A DNA stretch of 63,463 bases, filler included, from Octopus bimaculoides (GCF_001194135.2; 3 parts of one record of this genome joined end to end with filler, not necessarily neighbours in it), one strand, 5' to 3'; positions 12,240 to 24,680 are shown, numbered from the whole stretch's first letter. Notes: generated by a model not told the origin, from the sequence alone. Translations and numbers: made by a program.

Positions 12240-12245
12240 CACACA

Positions 12246-12279
<34 letters not shown>

Positions 12280-12347
12280 GTCAATGTATCATATATCCGA
12301 AAAAGAAGTATACACTAAAGTACAGAGCAGTATACATACATACATAC

Positions 12348-12436
<89 letters not shown>

Positions 12437-12448
12437 TATATATATATG
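12240..12448. repeat. (TG)n and long (TA)n microsatellites
   Basis: Direct reading. Confidence 0.95.
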
Positions 12449-13189
12449 TAAAAACAAGAAAAAGTGCAAATGTCTATAACCCCTGACTTATATATATATT
12501 TATTTATCTATATATTATTTAACTTCAAATAACACCAGAGACTAGAAAAAGCACAATTTTGTTTGGAAGAGTAGAATTCTGATATTCAATTTCAGAATAG
12601 AATATCAGTATTTGAAAAAAATCTACCGATATATAGTTAAAATTTATGGTTTCTTCAAAGTACATACAAAATAAACGATAGTATTTAGAAACCAAGAACT
12701 ATTTCAAGAATACAAATATAGACCAACAGCATTTGTAGAAACTGTACAGAGACTACAAAGAAACAATCGACCATATTCTTTCCAGCTACCCAACCTTGGC
12801 AAACTTTGAATAAATCTACATATACAACAGATTTATTAGCAGAGTGTATCTAACTGTTTGTCAATCTCTACATATTTGAGTGCGTGCTTACGTGTTTGTG
12901 TGGGGGGGGGGGTAGAAAACATTGTTTGTTGTATAGATTTGATACACAAAATGAATGGCAAAACAAACTCTTTGTTGGAATATATACATTTTTGAACAAC
13001 TATTAATATTTACATTTCGTGTATTTGTCTGGTATACTTCTGTTATGTTGGTTGTTCAATTGGTCAGCATTTCGTTCACAGATAACCTATATTTACCTGC
13101 TTCCATATTCACATCTTACATACATGCATATTCCTATGTATGTTTGTATGCATGTTTATACACAACGCAGACACATATATGCATACATA

Positions 13190-13190
13190 C

Positions 13191-13284
<94 letters not shown>
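13190..13284. repeat. (TACA)/(TA)/(TG) microsatellite
   Basis: Direct reading. Confidence 0.95.
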
Positions 13285-13286
<2 letters not shown>

Positions 13287-13639
13287 AATATTTTTTTTTT
13301 CACCAAAAATTTATATAATGTACTATTCCGTGATGGTAAAATCAACAAAAAAAGTATTCCATCTAGTGAGAGATAAATATTATTTAATAAACACAATATA
13401 TAATTTTTCTTTAACCTACTATTAGTTTCATGCGATGAAAACATCTCAGACAGCATTTTTAACACGCCTGATGCCTTCGCGCAATCCTCAAAGTGTGCCC
13501 ATTAGGCATAACAAGCTAAAACAAGACGATAGGATGAGAGAAAAAAACGGGGTAGATTTCTTGCAAATAACTTACAGATGCAAGTGTTACCATTTGAAAG
13601 CTCTGCATACCGAATGCTAGCAAGCAGGAGAGATTGCTC

Positions 13640-14470
13640 GCCGTTTCGGGGCCTTGTTCTCGACGGTATTATTGCGCACCGGCCCCGCTTAACTGAGATG
13701 AAGCTCCACTTGCTAGGTCAACTGGTTACTAGGTTTCGCTCAATATTCTTTTAGCCGTTGTTCATTGTCTCTTTTTAACCAAATTCAGTGCTTTGCCTTT
13801 CCCACCGTAGTCTGGATATCACACATGATGGTATTTGCTTTACGATGAGTTAAATCTAGCGCCAACAACATTCGCATCACACTGTGCCCAACGAATCCTC
13901 CACATCCACCATCGATTGGAAAATGCTCTGCTTTCTCGCCTATGTCTTCACATTCCCCGAAAAGCGTTTTCTAACGGTCAATCTTTCGAGTCTGAGTGGT
14001 GTCCATGTTATCTTTATGAGGAATTGTCAACTTAACAAGATTTATTACTTTCTTTCTTTCTCCAAATGATAATATCCGGTTTCTTCGTAACTGGATTGGG
14101 GAAGAATCCTTGGCACCCTAGTAAATTTGCAGCTATCTCCCAATAACCGTTCCACTTTTCATTGTTCACGGCAAGTTTCTTCTTCAAACGGATCTGCTAA
14201 TCTGAATGCACGAATGTAATGAAATGTCTGGTCGGTTTCTTCAGTGATTTTGTTTGTCTCTTTTTGCCACTGTTGATGAAAACAATTTGGTTCTTTATTG
14301 CATTGAAGAGGTCCCTAAGAAACAGATTGTGTCTCCATGTATATCTATTCAATGCCAGTGAACAGCTGGAAAGAATATGTTCCAGTGTTCCGGTTTTTTT
14401 TTTCCACACCTGCATTTCATCTTATTAGATTTATAGGCGATGGAAAGGCATCGTAGGACGAACGAATGAG
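13640..14470 (-). mobile_element. 3' end of a HERO/NeSL-like RLE non-LTR retrotransposon
   Basis: CRCGKKKTGTLEHILSSCSLALNRYTWRHN (CCHC knuckle plus RHN), KKPDIIIW (PD), then frameshifted ELTIPHKDNMD..FPIDGGCGGFVG..IWLKRD. Confidence 0.8.
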
Positions 14471-14674
14471 AAAACTCAGACGTCATGTACTCCACTTCCA
14501 TATTTCATTCCAACTTATTTTTCTCTAAACTACGTGTTCCTCCCATTTGTCATGTGTCCTTGTTGAGAGCATTGAATCAAATGAAGCTCTCTTCTCTCTG
14601 CTTTGAGGCTGTTGCTAACAAATCTGCGTTCATTGTTACTAACAACAAATCTGCGTTCGCTCCGCATCATACTT

Positions 14675-14908
14675 GAAATTGAGATGACAAAGGGATAAAC
14701 AATTATCTTATGAACTTCATTAGCTTACATTAGCTAACTTCATTAGCTTCTGCTATAAAATGCAGTGGACTCACAGTCGAGAATCTGAATATAGCTTTAT
14801 CGGAGCCTCAAACATGAAGTGCAGTTTATTTGGAAAAACGATCACATTTCAGTTGTATGCTAATGAAGTTCATAAAATAATTGTTATTTCCTGTGTCATC
14901 TCAATTTC
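14675..14908. mobile_element. Fold-back/MITE-like element with ~50-bp inverted repeats
   Basis: 14675-14724 and 14859-14908 are reverse complements (GAAATTGAGATGAC...TATGAACTTCATTAGC) with few mismatches; no clear TSD. Confidence 0.7.
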
Positions 14909-15057
14909 TTATTACTGTTTCATACCCGACTAATGCTTCGTTCTGACGCATATGTATATCGACTTCTAACACCAGGTTATTAGAATCCCAAAGTCGAAGT
15001 GAAATAGTACCAATAGTAAAAGATGTAAATGAACATGAAGAAGCAAAGAAGATGAAC

Positions 15058-15078
15058 CACCACCAACACCACCACCAG

Positions 15079-15128
<50 letters not shown>

Positions 15129-15145
15129 GCACTACTACTACTGTA
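15058..15145. repeat. (CAC)n/(TAC)n microsatellite
   Basis: Direct reading. Confidence 0.95.
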
Positions 15146-15689
15146 ACAGCAGCAGCATGAACAACAACAATAGTAGAGACCAACACAACAACCCAGTAAA
15201 ACAGTTTCGCCATCATTTCTAGAATCAAAAGCAGACCCTTCCTAATTTGCAGCCCTACCAACACACAAAAACACGCTCATAGTTATCACTGCCCACCTCT
15301 TCTCTTTCTCAGGTTTCATAGACTGCGAGTTTCTGTTATGTGGCGAGGGCTGGAAGAAAGCGTTGCGAAAGGCTTTAGTCGACGGAAAGAGAAAATAAAA
15401 ATGAAACATAAAATGTTTACACTACGGTAGACTTGATAGAGAGACAGAAAACACGTTATTCAAGAATGCACAAACACCAGCCCCGCCACCAAAACCACTA
15501 CCAACCCAATAACAATGACGACAACAGTAAGAACGGCATAAACAATATTTACAAATACAGCCACAAAAGCAAATACTAGAACTAAAATAAACCAACATTC
15601 AAATATATAAACCGAAACCCGCCTCATTAACCACACTGAGCAACCGTAATTCAATTGAAAAAGTTGTTAATAATCCTTCCTACAAAGGC

Positions 15690-15885
15690 ACAAGGCCTGA
15701 AATTCGGTGGGAGGGGACAAGTCGATTACATTGACCCCAGTGCTCAATTGGTATTTATTGCATCAACCCCGAAAGGGATGAAAGGTAAAGTCGACCTCAA
15801 CAGAATTTGAACTCAGAACGTAAAGGCAGACGAAATATTACGCAATTTATCTAGCATGCTAACTACTCTGCCACTTCCCGGCTTT
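15690..15885 (-). mobile_element. SINE family B
   Basis: Homologous to 8690-8908. Confidence 0.85.
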
Positions 15886-16149
15886 AAAAAGTAGTAAATA
15901 ATAAGAACATTTTCATTAAAAGAGGTTTTGACGAACTCCTAAAATCTTTATCAGACAGACTTCTTATACAGACAGACTTCTTATACAGACTCAGACACAA
16001 AATGCTAACAAAGAAATACTCATTCAGCATTGAACATTTACATAACAAGCCAAAGAACAATGTTTTAGAGTGGTCGTTCGTGCCCGCCCTCAGGTAGTGA
16101 GAGCTGCAGATCAGCTGGCCGTCGCGAAAACCAATGTGATTTTTCCATT

Positions 16150-18150
16150 CTTCCTTCTTCAATCTGAACTGAGAGTGAGTGGCATGAATGTACGTAGCCT
16201 GAGTTCAACTAGGAAGCAAGGTTACTTATTCAGCGATATCAGGATACTTGACAAAGATGTGGGGGCCATTACAAGGATCAGAATCTCTGGAGCACACGCA
16301 TTCACGCCCATTTTCAAAGATTACGAAGTGTACTAATTTCGTGGTCTGTCGAAATTTGGTGATGGGATGCTTAACTCTCAATTAAGAGGCAATTTTTCTG
16401 GGCCTGAATGGTAAGTCAATGGTTCTGAAAGTAAACAACAGCAAAGACAATGTCTTCAGACTTCTATGCCACGACAGGAGTAGGACGTCCCAATTTCTTC
16501 AGGCATGAAAATGCTTTCCTGGGAACGCTCCGAACTATAGTGTTAGTGGGAGACTGGAATTGCATTTGAGACACACGGTAACATTTTATGGGCGAGAGCG
16601 GAGAAGGGGTGAAAGCTTCGAAAATTTGGTCAGACGTTTCCAAATATCTGACAAATATCAACAGAACTTCGCGAATGTGCCAGTGAAGACATAGAGCAAG
16701 CATAACGGATCATCCAGGTCGGATTTGAATTTTTTTTTTTTTTTTTGATAGGTAAGCAGATATAATAGTTTAAGATATTCACAATACAAAAAACACCGCT
16801 ACACAGACTACAAATTTGTCATCTGTACTGTTGACTTAGACAGGATCCTAAGACAAGGATCCTGTTATTAGAAGTTGAATGCGTCTGCGTCTTTACCGGC
16901 GCACAAAGATTACAGCAACTAGATTAACGGATTATTGAGCGACAATTGACTGAGGTAATCGTCAAATACTGATGGTGAGACGCTCTGAAGAAGGCAATTA
17001 GATCAGAATCAATATAGTTCAGCAAAACACCAGTGACAGGGAGAAATATAGTAGAGAGAGAATTAGTAGGTAATCTACAAGAGGCGATTAGAAGAAGTAT
17101 CGCGATCGACACAAAGTGACATAAATGGTTCATGACCACTTATTCAACGAGAAACGCAAAGACTACGGATTCAGAATAAGGGTTCAGAACATAGGAATAA
17201 AAATTACCCGATGAGCTCCGCTGGCGAATGTACAATATGGCAGCAAAACCACAGACTGTCTTTTGTTTTTTGCTGAACTGAGACGGGTGTTTGCTACTAG
17301 CTTCTGAGCACATGTGTGCAGCGTGGCCACAACATTTGCTTAAGTGTTCGAGGTGAGTGGTGGGTCGGAGACGTTGGTGAACTTTAGTGCCTACGTCAAT
17401 TACTTGCCGCGACTCGGGACACAGGATGCAAGGTGTCATAAATAAAAAGCGATAGCAGTTACTGAAATGCGGATGTGGTGAGTGGTTGCTTAGGGCGACA
17501 ATCGACCCGGTTAAATGCTCCTCCTGATGAGTGTTCCGAATATGTTCCAGACTTGTTTGATAATATATTGTTAGACATCGACTGCGACAGGTAGAGAAAG
17601 AACTTCTATTCAACACCTGTCAATGGTGAGGGGCCTCACTGCCGAGAAAGGACGCCGAAGACAGAAACGTAGTTGATAACTCTGCTGATTCTGAGTTTAA
17701 TATTTTAGCTTAGGTGTTAGTAAAAAGGTTTGCACTCATCGTCTGAGGCTTGGTCAAGGAAGTACAAACGTGCGCGTATCCAAGCAGGTCCATTCGTCAC
17801 AACCTCCACCTCATGCGTTACACCATTGAGAGGGTTTGGAATAAAGCTGGTTCAGCGGAACCGTAATCAATTTGGATCAATGAAATGCTTTCTATAATCT
17901 TGACCGTCGTTATTTAAAGATCATGTTGAAAGCGACTGGGTCCGGACCCATTTTAAAGATTATTCAGTGAACAAAGTAAACGGCCACTTTTTTGCATCAC
18001 ACAGTCGGTCCGTCAATGCTGCCCCTTTTCCTCTCGTATGTATGTGCTAGCTCTCGAGCATCTGCTGAAAAAGCTGAAAAGGTCGAGTGATCTTCCTCTC
18101 TAACTTGGACTCAAGAAGTCTACGTTAGCTTATGTAGATGACGTCAGCGT
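16150..18150 (+). mobile_element. Tx1/L1-clade LINE ORF2 (APE endonuclease plus RT up to YxDD), degenerate and lacking its 3' part
   Basis: GMNVRSLSSTRKQGYL, IVLVGDWNC, YTDYKFVICTVDL..Y*KLNAS, QTCAYPSRSIRHNLHLMRY, INLDQ*NAF, SVRQCCPFS, LAYVDDVSV. Confidence 0.9.
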
Positions 18151-18791
18151 CAAAATGATAGATTATATAACTGAACATCACCAAACTAAATAATCTTTCC
18201 ACATGGAACATCAAGCACATATCCCATTCTGTTACTTCTCCTCACTACCTGATGTCGCTAAGTTATCAAATACTACAAGTTGTATATTGTATACCATCTA
18301 ATAAAACAAGACTGTCTTCTTCACTACGTATTATCATATACAAACTGTGGTCGCTTTCTTCTCACTCTCACCCTAGACATCAGTGGACTTGAACCGTTAT
18401 CAACGTCTACGAAACTCTAGGTAATGTTGGGGCTAAGTCAAAGTTTTAAATAATTTTAACTCTTATAACAGATTTTTACTTCTATTTTCCTTCGTTTGTA
18501 TAACAACCTATCTATTAAGATATATATANNNNNNNNNNNNNNNNNNNNNNNNNNNNNNNNNNNNNNNNNNNNNNNNNNNNNNNNNNNNNNNNNNNNNNNN
18601 NNNNNNNNNNNNNNNNNNNNNNNNNNNNNNNNNNNNNNNNNNNNNNNNNNNNNNNNNNNNNNNNNNNNNNNNNNNNNNNNNNNNNNNNNNNNNNNNNNNN
18701 NNNNNNNNNNNNNNNNNNNNNNNNNNNNNNNNNNNNNNNNNNNNNNNNNNNNNNNNNNNNNNNNNNNNNNNNNNNNNNNNNNNNNNNNNNN

Positions 18792-18824
<33 letters not shown>

Positions 18825-19123
18825 GCAATATGTGCATATATGTGTGCGTATGTCTGTGACCGATAGAAAATTATGACACATCAAGGCGATCTAAAATCTA
18901 ACCAATTGAAATACAGTGTAGCAAACAAATACACGAAAAGTCAAAGTTTATAGTTAAAAAAATATAATCTATCAAGTTAACTTTATTTTTATTTCTCTTA
19001 GTCACTGCAGATTTTATAGAACTAATATCTGTTGTTATATACAAAGCGACCAACTACGTTGTGCATTGTTCTTTTTCTTTGTTCTTTCTAATGTTGTATT
19101 TTTTATTGCTTTCATTTATTGAC

Positions 19124-19182
19124 CTGAGAGCATGCGGAAGCACTACCATTAAAGTTATTGTTGCATATATCAGCTCTAACAT
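19124..19182 (-). CDS. Candidate first coding segment (signal-peptide-like) within exon 2 (19124-19366)
   Basis: Strong acceptor ccttttattttacag| at 19367; reads MLELIYATITLMVVLPHAL + AG with weak donor |gtcaat; joins exon 3 as ...PHALRVEA. Confidence 0.35.
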
Positions 19183-19502
19183 ATGGTTTGTATTTATTTT
19201 ATCGATCTCAGCAAGACAAAAGGTACTGTTGAACTGTAATTTTAAGTCAGAACAGAAAGGGGTGAAAAGAATATCACAAGGTATATAGCTCGATGCTTGG
19301 TTGACCCTGCCATCCAATCCACCAGTGCTTTTAGTTTTTGTAAGAGTTCGAAGACACGAAGGAAATCTGTAAAATAAAAGGAATCGCATTCATTTTGAAG
19401 TGCCGAAATTGAATGACATCAGGATTTCGGACCGACTCAATTTTTTTTTTTTTTTTACTTGTGGTTCCAGGTATCGAACAGAGAACATGCTGGGTCACAC
19501 TC

Positions 19503-19705
19503 TACGAGGGTATACGAGTAAAAGAAAATACAGGAGGATCAGTTAATTATGATTTTATTCAACATATTCCCCTCTTAGATTCACACATTTATTGCAGCGG
19601 TCCTTCAGTTTTTCTCAGCCCTGTTAAAGAACTCGAAAGGCTGGACCTCGAACCAGGCCTTTCACGATAACCGTAAAGCCAGGAACTTTTCAGCATCCCC
19701 TCTTA
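19503..19705. mobile_element. Mariner-type MITE (left TIR truncated)
   Basis: Same internal sequence as 53281-53496; right end AAAGCCAGGAACTTTTCAGCATCCCCTC-TA. Confidence 0.75.
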
Positions 19706-19855
19706 TATTATTATATTAATCACAGTATTTTTTCTTGTATTTATTTTATTGATTTCTAAGGAAAACGGAAGGCGAAATCAACCATACATAAGATGAGACA
19801 ACCGAGACCGATAGAAATACTGTAAGATATTTCCATTCAACACAGATCACTTTAC

Positions 19856-19936
19856 CTTCCGACGAAAATGTGTATGTATTTGTGGTATGTATGAGCTCAG
19901 ACGTGTGCCTGTAATTATGTGGATGAGCGCATGCGC
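19856..19936 (-). promoter_or_regulatory. Candidate promoter and non-coding first exon with an NRF1-like palindrome
   Basis: GCGCATGCGC at 19927-19936; donor GAAG|gtaaag at 19855. Confidence 0.35.
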
Positions 19937-20019
19937 AAAATAACAATGATTATTAAAAACGCGAAAAGTGAAAATGAGAACAACGTGTAATTGTTGATTT
20001 CAAATTTTGCCACAAAGCC

Positions 20020-20205
20020 ACCAGTTTCGGAAAGGAGATAAGTCGACTATACAGACTCCAGTGTTCAACTGGTACTTATTTTATTGACCCGTAAAGATGA
20101 AAGGCAAAGTTGACCTCGGAAGAAGTTGAACTCATAAAGTTAAGACGGACGAAATGCCGCTAAGCATTTTGTTCGGCTGGCTAAAGATCTTGGAAACTCG
20201 CCGTC
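20020..20205 (-). mobile_element. SINE family B
   Basis: Homology to other copies. Confidence 0.8.
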
Positions 20206-20339
20206 TTTACAATGTGTAATTATTAGTTTGACGTTCAGCGACGAGTATGTAATAGTGGTGCATTCGATGTTTTAAGCTTAAGTTTCTCAGAACCTTAGAC
20301 AAAAAATTATAGAAAATGGGGGGAAATCAGAAGAAATAG

Positions 20340-21577
20340 GAAAATGCAGAGACAGTGAAGCATTTGGTGCTTCAAGATGCAATCGAAAATGTAGATTATG
20401 TCATATTGATATAGAAGACATCAAACATGTGATAAGCAGCTGCCCAAAAATGTCATCAAGGTCCGATGTTGTCACAAAAACAATATACAATGCCATTCGG
20501 AAAAAAGACTGACCTGGAATAAATATAGAGAATACCCCTGTTATTGAATACATACACAAGGAATACTGGTGGAACATTTTCATCAAAATTTCTGTCAAAT
20601 GCAAACATAACAGGTGCAGGCGTGGCTGTGTGGTAGGAAGCTTGATTCCCAAGCACATTGTTCCGGGTTCAGTCCCACTTCGTGGCAACTTGGGCAAGTG
20701 TCTTCTACTATAGCACCAGAACGACCAAAGCCGTGTGAGTGGATGCAGCTGTGTATTGTTAACAAGCTATAGAAGATGTCCTCTCGGGGTTAAAAAAAAT
20801 CATAGTAAATTCCGTCCGAACGGCAACAGCCATGTTGAAATGGCTAATAAAATTACTTGCAAGTACAACTTCTGCGTTCATCTCTTAGAGAGATTTTAGA
20901 ACTAGCTTAGTTTTTGCTTTTATATATATATATGGATGGACGGGTGGATGGACGGATGGATGGATGGATGGTTGGATGGATGGATGGATGGATGGATGGA
21001 TGGATGGATGTGCGCGTGTGTGTGTGTGTGTTTGTCCACCACTGCTTGACAACCGATGCTGGTGTGTTTATATCCCCCATAACTGTGATTAGTCAACAAA
21101 AGAGACCGATAGAATAAGAACTAGGCTTTAAAAAATTAAGTCCTAGGGTCGATTTGTTCGACTAAAACCCTTCAAGGCTCTTGTGCTCCAGCATGGCAGC
21201 AGTCAAATGACTGAAACAAATAAAAGATATAAGGTAACAGGCTGGATATTGTAGTTTGGGACAACCAAGAAAAAGTATGTCTGCGCATAGATGTCAGCTA
21301 CTCTGGTGTTGTGACTATCTCTTTGAAAATCAAAGAGATAGACGATGATTATGGACAACTGCTCCGAAACTTCCAGTTTCTATATCCAGAGTATAAATTC
21401 ACATTTATAACAATAATAATTGATGCAGTTGGTTTTGCAAATAAATGCCTAAGTGTTAGTCTCGATAAGCTGAGGTTTTCAGAAAAAGAAATCAACCAAG
21501 TATCCCGCTCATTGCAAATGCAATCTGTAAGTGGAACAGTAGAAATATGCAGGACTTTTTTCAAGTTTGAAATGTGA
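20340..21577 (+). mobile_element. 3' end of an R4/Dong-like element (CCHC plus RLE), split by a SINE
   Basis: KCRLCHIDIEDIKHVISSCP..KCKHN | RLDIVVWD..GQLLRNFQFLYPEYKF..SVSGTVEICRTFFKFEM*; the frame is restored when 20615-21241 is removed. Confidence 0.88.
20615..21234 (+). mobile_element. tRNA-derived SINE, family C, with 7-bp TSD TAACAGG
   Basis: Head GCAGGCGTGGCTGTGTGGTAGG..GGGTTCAGTCCC; tail CAGTCAAATGACTGAAAC; TAACAGG at 20608-20614 and 21235-21241. Confidence 0.9.
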
Positions 21578-21685
21578 CTTTGTTTTTGATATCTACATTC
21601 CAACGATGGATCTTTTTGCATCTTCGTTAGTAACCAGCTCCTGCCTTGGAGGAAGAATTCAAATAACTATGAACAGGAGAGAACA

Positions 21686-21800
21686 TACATACATACATAC
21701 ATACATACATACATACATACATGCATACATGCATACATGCATACATACATACATGCATACATGCATACATGCATACATACATACATACATATATACATAT
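21686..21800. repeat. (TACA)n/(TGCA) microsatellite
   Basis: Direct reading. Confidence 0.95.
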
Positions 21801-22609
21801 GGGATATGTAACACACTGTCTAAATACCAATCTTGAGAAATTGCTTCCCAAAACCAGATAGGAGAAGGCTACAGAAAATAAAACCATCACTGAAACTGTA
21901 AAAATCTGTGAAACATTTCAGAAATCTATCATTTAAGTATATATGTGCATGTCTAGACATGCAACTGTAACGCATGAGAATGAATACATAAAACAAAAAA
22001 TACAAATCAGCATTTGTACTGACTCCGAATACTGCACATATACATGCATATATACATGCAAAAATATCCTGTTGATGTTGAAATGCCAATGAAGGATCCT
22101 GATTAGAGACCAGCTCTTTCTCTATTGGCAAGAAATTTTGAAATAAAACTGAATAATTACATACATACATTCATACATACAGCCAACGACATTATACGCA
22201 CCATTCGTCCACTAAATTATACATACAAAGCTTTGGCTTATCAAGATCTACATTATAAGTAATTTACCAAAAGTACCGTAGAGTGAAAATTTAAATCTTT
22301 AACCACATAACCATGTTGGTTGTCCATTATATAACATTAAAAATTGTAATTTATTATAACAGAATTTCGATTCAGTTTGAAGTGCATTTCGCTTTAATAT
22401 ATAATTATGAAAACAAAATTCTTAGTAACTCAAGATTAAGAGAAAAACACAAACATTGGCGATTTATAATAACTCGGACATTAAAGCATTAAAATCCATT
22501 AAAAAGGCAGATATTTAAAATGTTTACAACCACTTAACTGTTTGTTTATCATGTGGTCGTTATTTGAGAATTATCTAAATATTTTTTCTCACTTTCTTTC
22601 TCCAAACTC

Positions 22610-22700
22610 CTCTCTCTCTCTCTTTCTCCCATCTCCTCTCTCTCACTCTTTTTTGCCAATTCTTCCCTCTCTCTCTCTCTCTTTCTTTCTTTCTCTCTCG

Positions 22701-22746
<46 letters not shown>
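22610..22746. repeat. (CT)n-rich microsatellite
   Basis: Direct reading. Confidence 0.9.
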
Positions 22747-22748
<2 letters not shown>

Positions 22749-23859
22749 AACTCTCTTCCATCACGCATTTAATTTTGTATATATATGTTCGTCCGTCGAA
22801 GCGACGAGGACTATCTAGTCATCCTCGAGGATGACTGATGACTTGTGCGGTGAATTTACTTAAGATGAAGATGTGTTAAAGTTAAAGTTAAAGTTAAAGT
22901 TGCTCTCTCGTCCGGGGCCCAAAACAATCTAATAGCAAGACAGGATCAAAATTACTGGAGATGGAGACAGATGCAGTCAATGACCAAAATGTTTTACTTG
23001 CCTTATCTTGCTCTCTGTATTCCACAATGCGTTGCTGCTGCCTCCTTTCTTTCTGTTAAACCATAAATGTTTCTTCACAGTGTCCGCTGGATCTAATCGT
23101 CCCAAGCATAGGTAGGCAAGCCCTAATAAGCTAATCTACCCTAAGCTTGAAGCCTAAAAGGTGCTACAACTCCGTGTTAGAGAAGACCTGGGAACTACTC
23201 GTATAGTTTCTAAGAAGTGGTTCCATTCTCCCCAAAACCCTGGAACTCCCGAACCATGGCCCCTCTACCGGTTGAAGTTTAAAGTTATACACAGAAACAT
23301 TGTTTGTATATAATCAATTGTTCATTAGCAATATATAGAATACTGAGTGGCGAGATTATATTTCTACCGAAGATTTCAAGTTAGGATGAAATGTCCGATG
23401 TTATCTCCCGCACATCCTATCTGAAAAAATAAAACTAGTTACACAGTACTATATTTTTCTACAACATACCTGATCTTACTTTCACTTTAATAATGTTTCT
23501 TTCATGAACGAGGAAAATCTATTGTATGTATCTATGTACAGAATGGAATTCAACCCTAAAAAAATTTCAAAACAAAACCAAAAAAGACAGGAATAATCTT
23601 CAAGACAGAATATAAAATCTGAACTTTGCCATTCTAAAACCACTTTTTAGAACATGATATACCATGGCAGATATTAATATTTTCATGTCTGTATGGTCTA
23701 AGTACACAAAATTTTTTACTGGAAAACTGAGAAACTTAATTACTAGTAAAATTATATTAAATTAATGATGGCAGTCCCTCGTAGTTCGAGATAAACGGTT
23801 CCGCAATTTCTTGCTGAACAATCTGCAGATATCATTTATTTATACTGATTAAATGTTCA

Positions 23860-24045
23860 CTCCTTACATCGAATTGATGTTGTCTGAACAGATGCACGGT
23901 GTGCCATACGTCAGGTGTCGAAGTGATCGCAAAGCAACGTGACTTGTATTGTTTTGCTCAAAAACACAACGCACCGCCCACTCCGGGAATTGAAACCACG
24001 ATCTCGCGATCGTGAATGCAACACCCTAACTACTAGCACATGCAC
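23860..24045 (-). mobile_element. SINE family A, diverged
   Basis: TTGAAACCACGATCTCGCGATCGTGAATGCAACACCCTAAC is homologous to 1441-1500. Confidence 0.7.
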
Positions 24046-24086
24046 CCTCTTTAGATTAATAGAAATTTATAATAAACCTAACATAT

Positions 24087-24680
24087 GGATCTTTTTTAAA
24101 ACGGGGGCCACATTTTTCATTAATGTTTTACGTAATGTTTTTGGTACCGAAAGACTTTCAAACTTCGTATACTTATCTATTTTGTGTTATAGAACAGAAA
24201 AATATTTTTGTATTCGAATTTATTTCATGTAAAAATTGTCTTATTTCGATAATTTCAACCAATCACTGACAAGTATTCAGTTGTTTACATTTACTCCTTT
24301 GGCTGATTAAGCCATAGCGTCGTTTTATTTGCTTTTTTCATTTTAAATTTGCTTTTTTCATTTTCTTTTTTTTTCTTCGTTTTATTTGCTTTTTCTCTTT
24401 TTAAATTTGCTGTTTTACCCTAACCCTAACCCTAACCCTATCACCGATAGAATTGTTTGTTTATGTAGTCGGCACTTAATGTATATCGGCTGAATGGACG
24501 TCAGTGATTGGTTGAAATTACAGAAATACGACAACTTTAACATGGAATAACTTAGGGATTTCTTTTTTTTTTAAAGAAGACTAAGAGAAAAAGATGTTTT
24601 ATATGACACATTCTACCAGTGTTCCAAGTTTCAAAGTGTTTCGTTAATGAAAAATGTGGCCCCCGTTTTAAAAAAGATCC
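24087..24680. mobile_element. Non-autonomous DNA transposon, Merlin-like (594 bp, 37-bp TIRs, 8-bp TSD)
   Basis: Perfect TIR GGATCTTTTTTAAAACGGGGGCCACATTTTTCATTAA at 24087-24123 and 24644-24680; TSD TAACATAT at 24079-24086 and 24681-24688; inner inverted repeat AATTTCAACCAATCACTGAC; internal (CCCTAA)n. Confidence 0.85.

Noticed and set aside
24417-24440. (CCCTAA)n as a true telomere
   Set aside because: Only about four units, and internal to a TIR element with a TSD.
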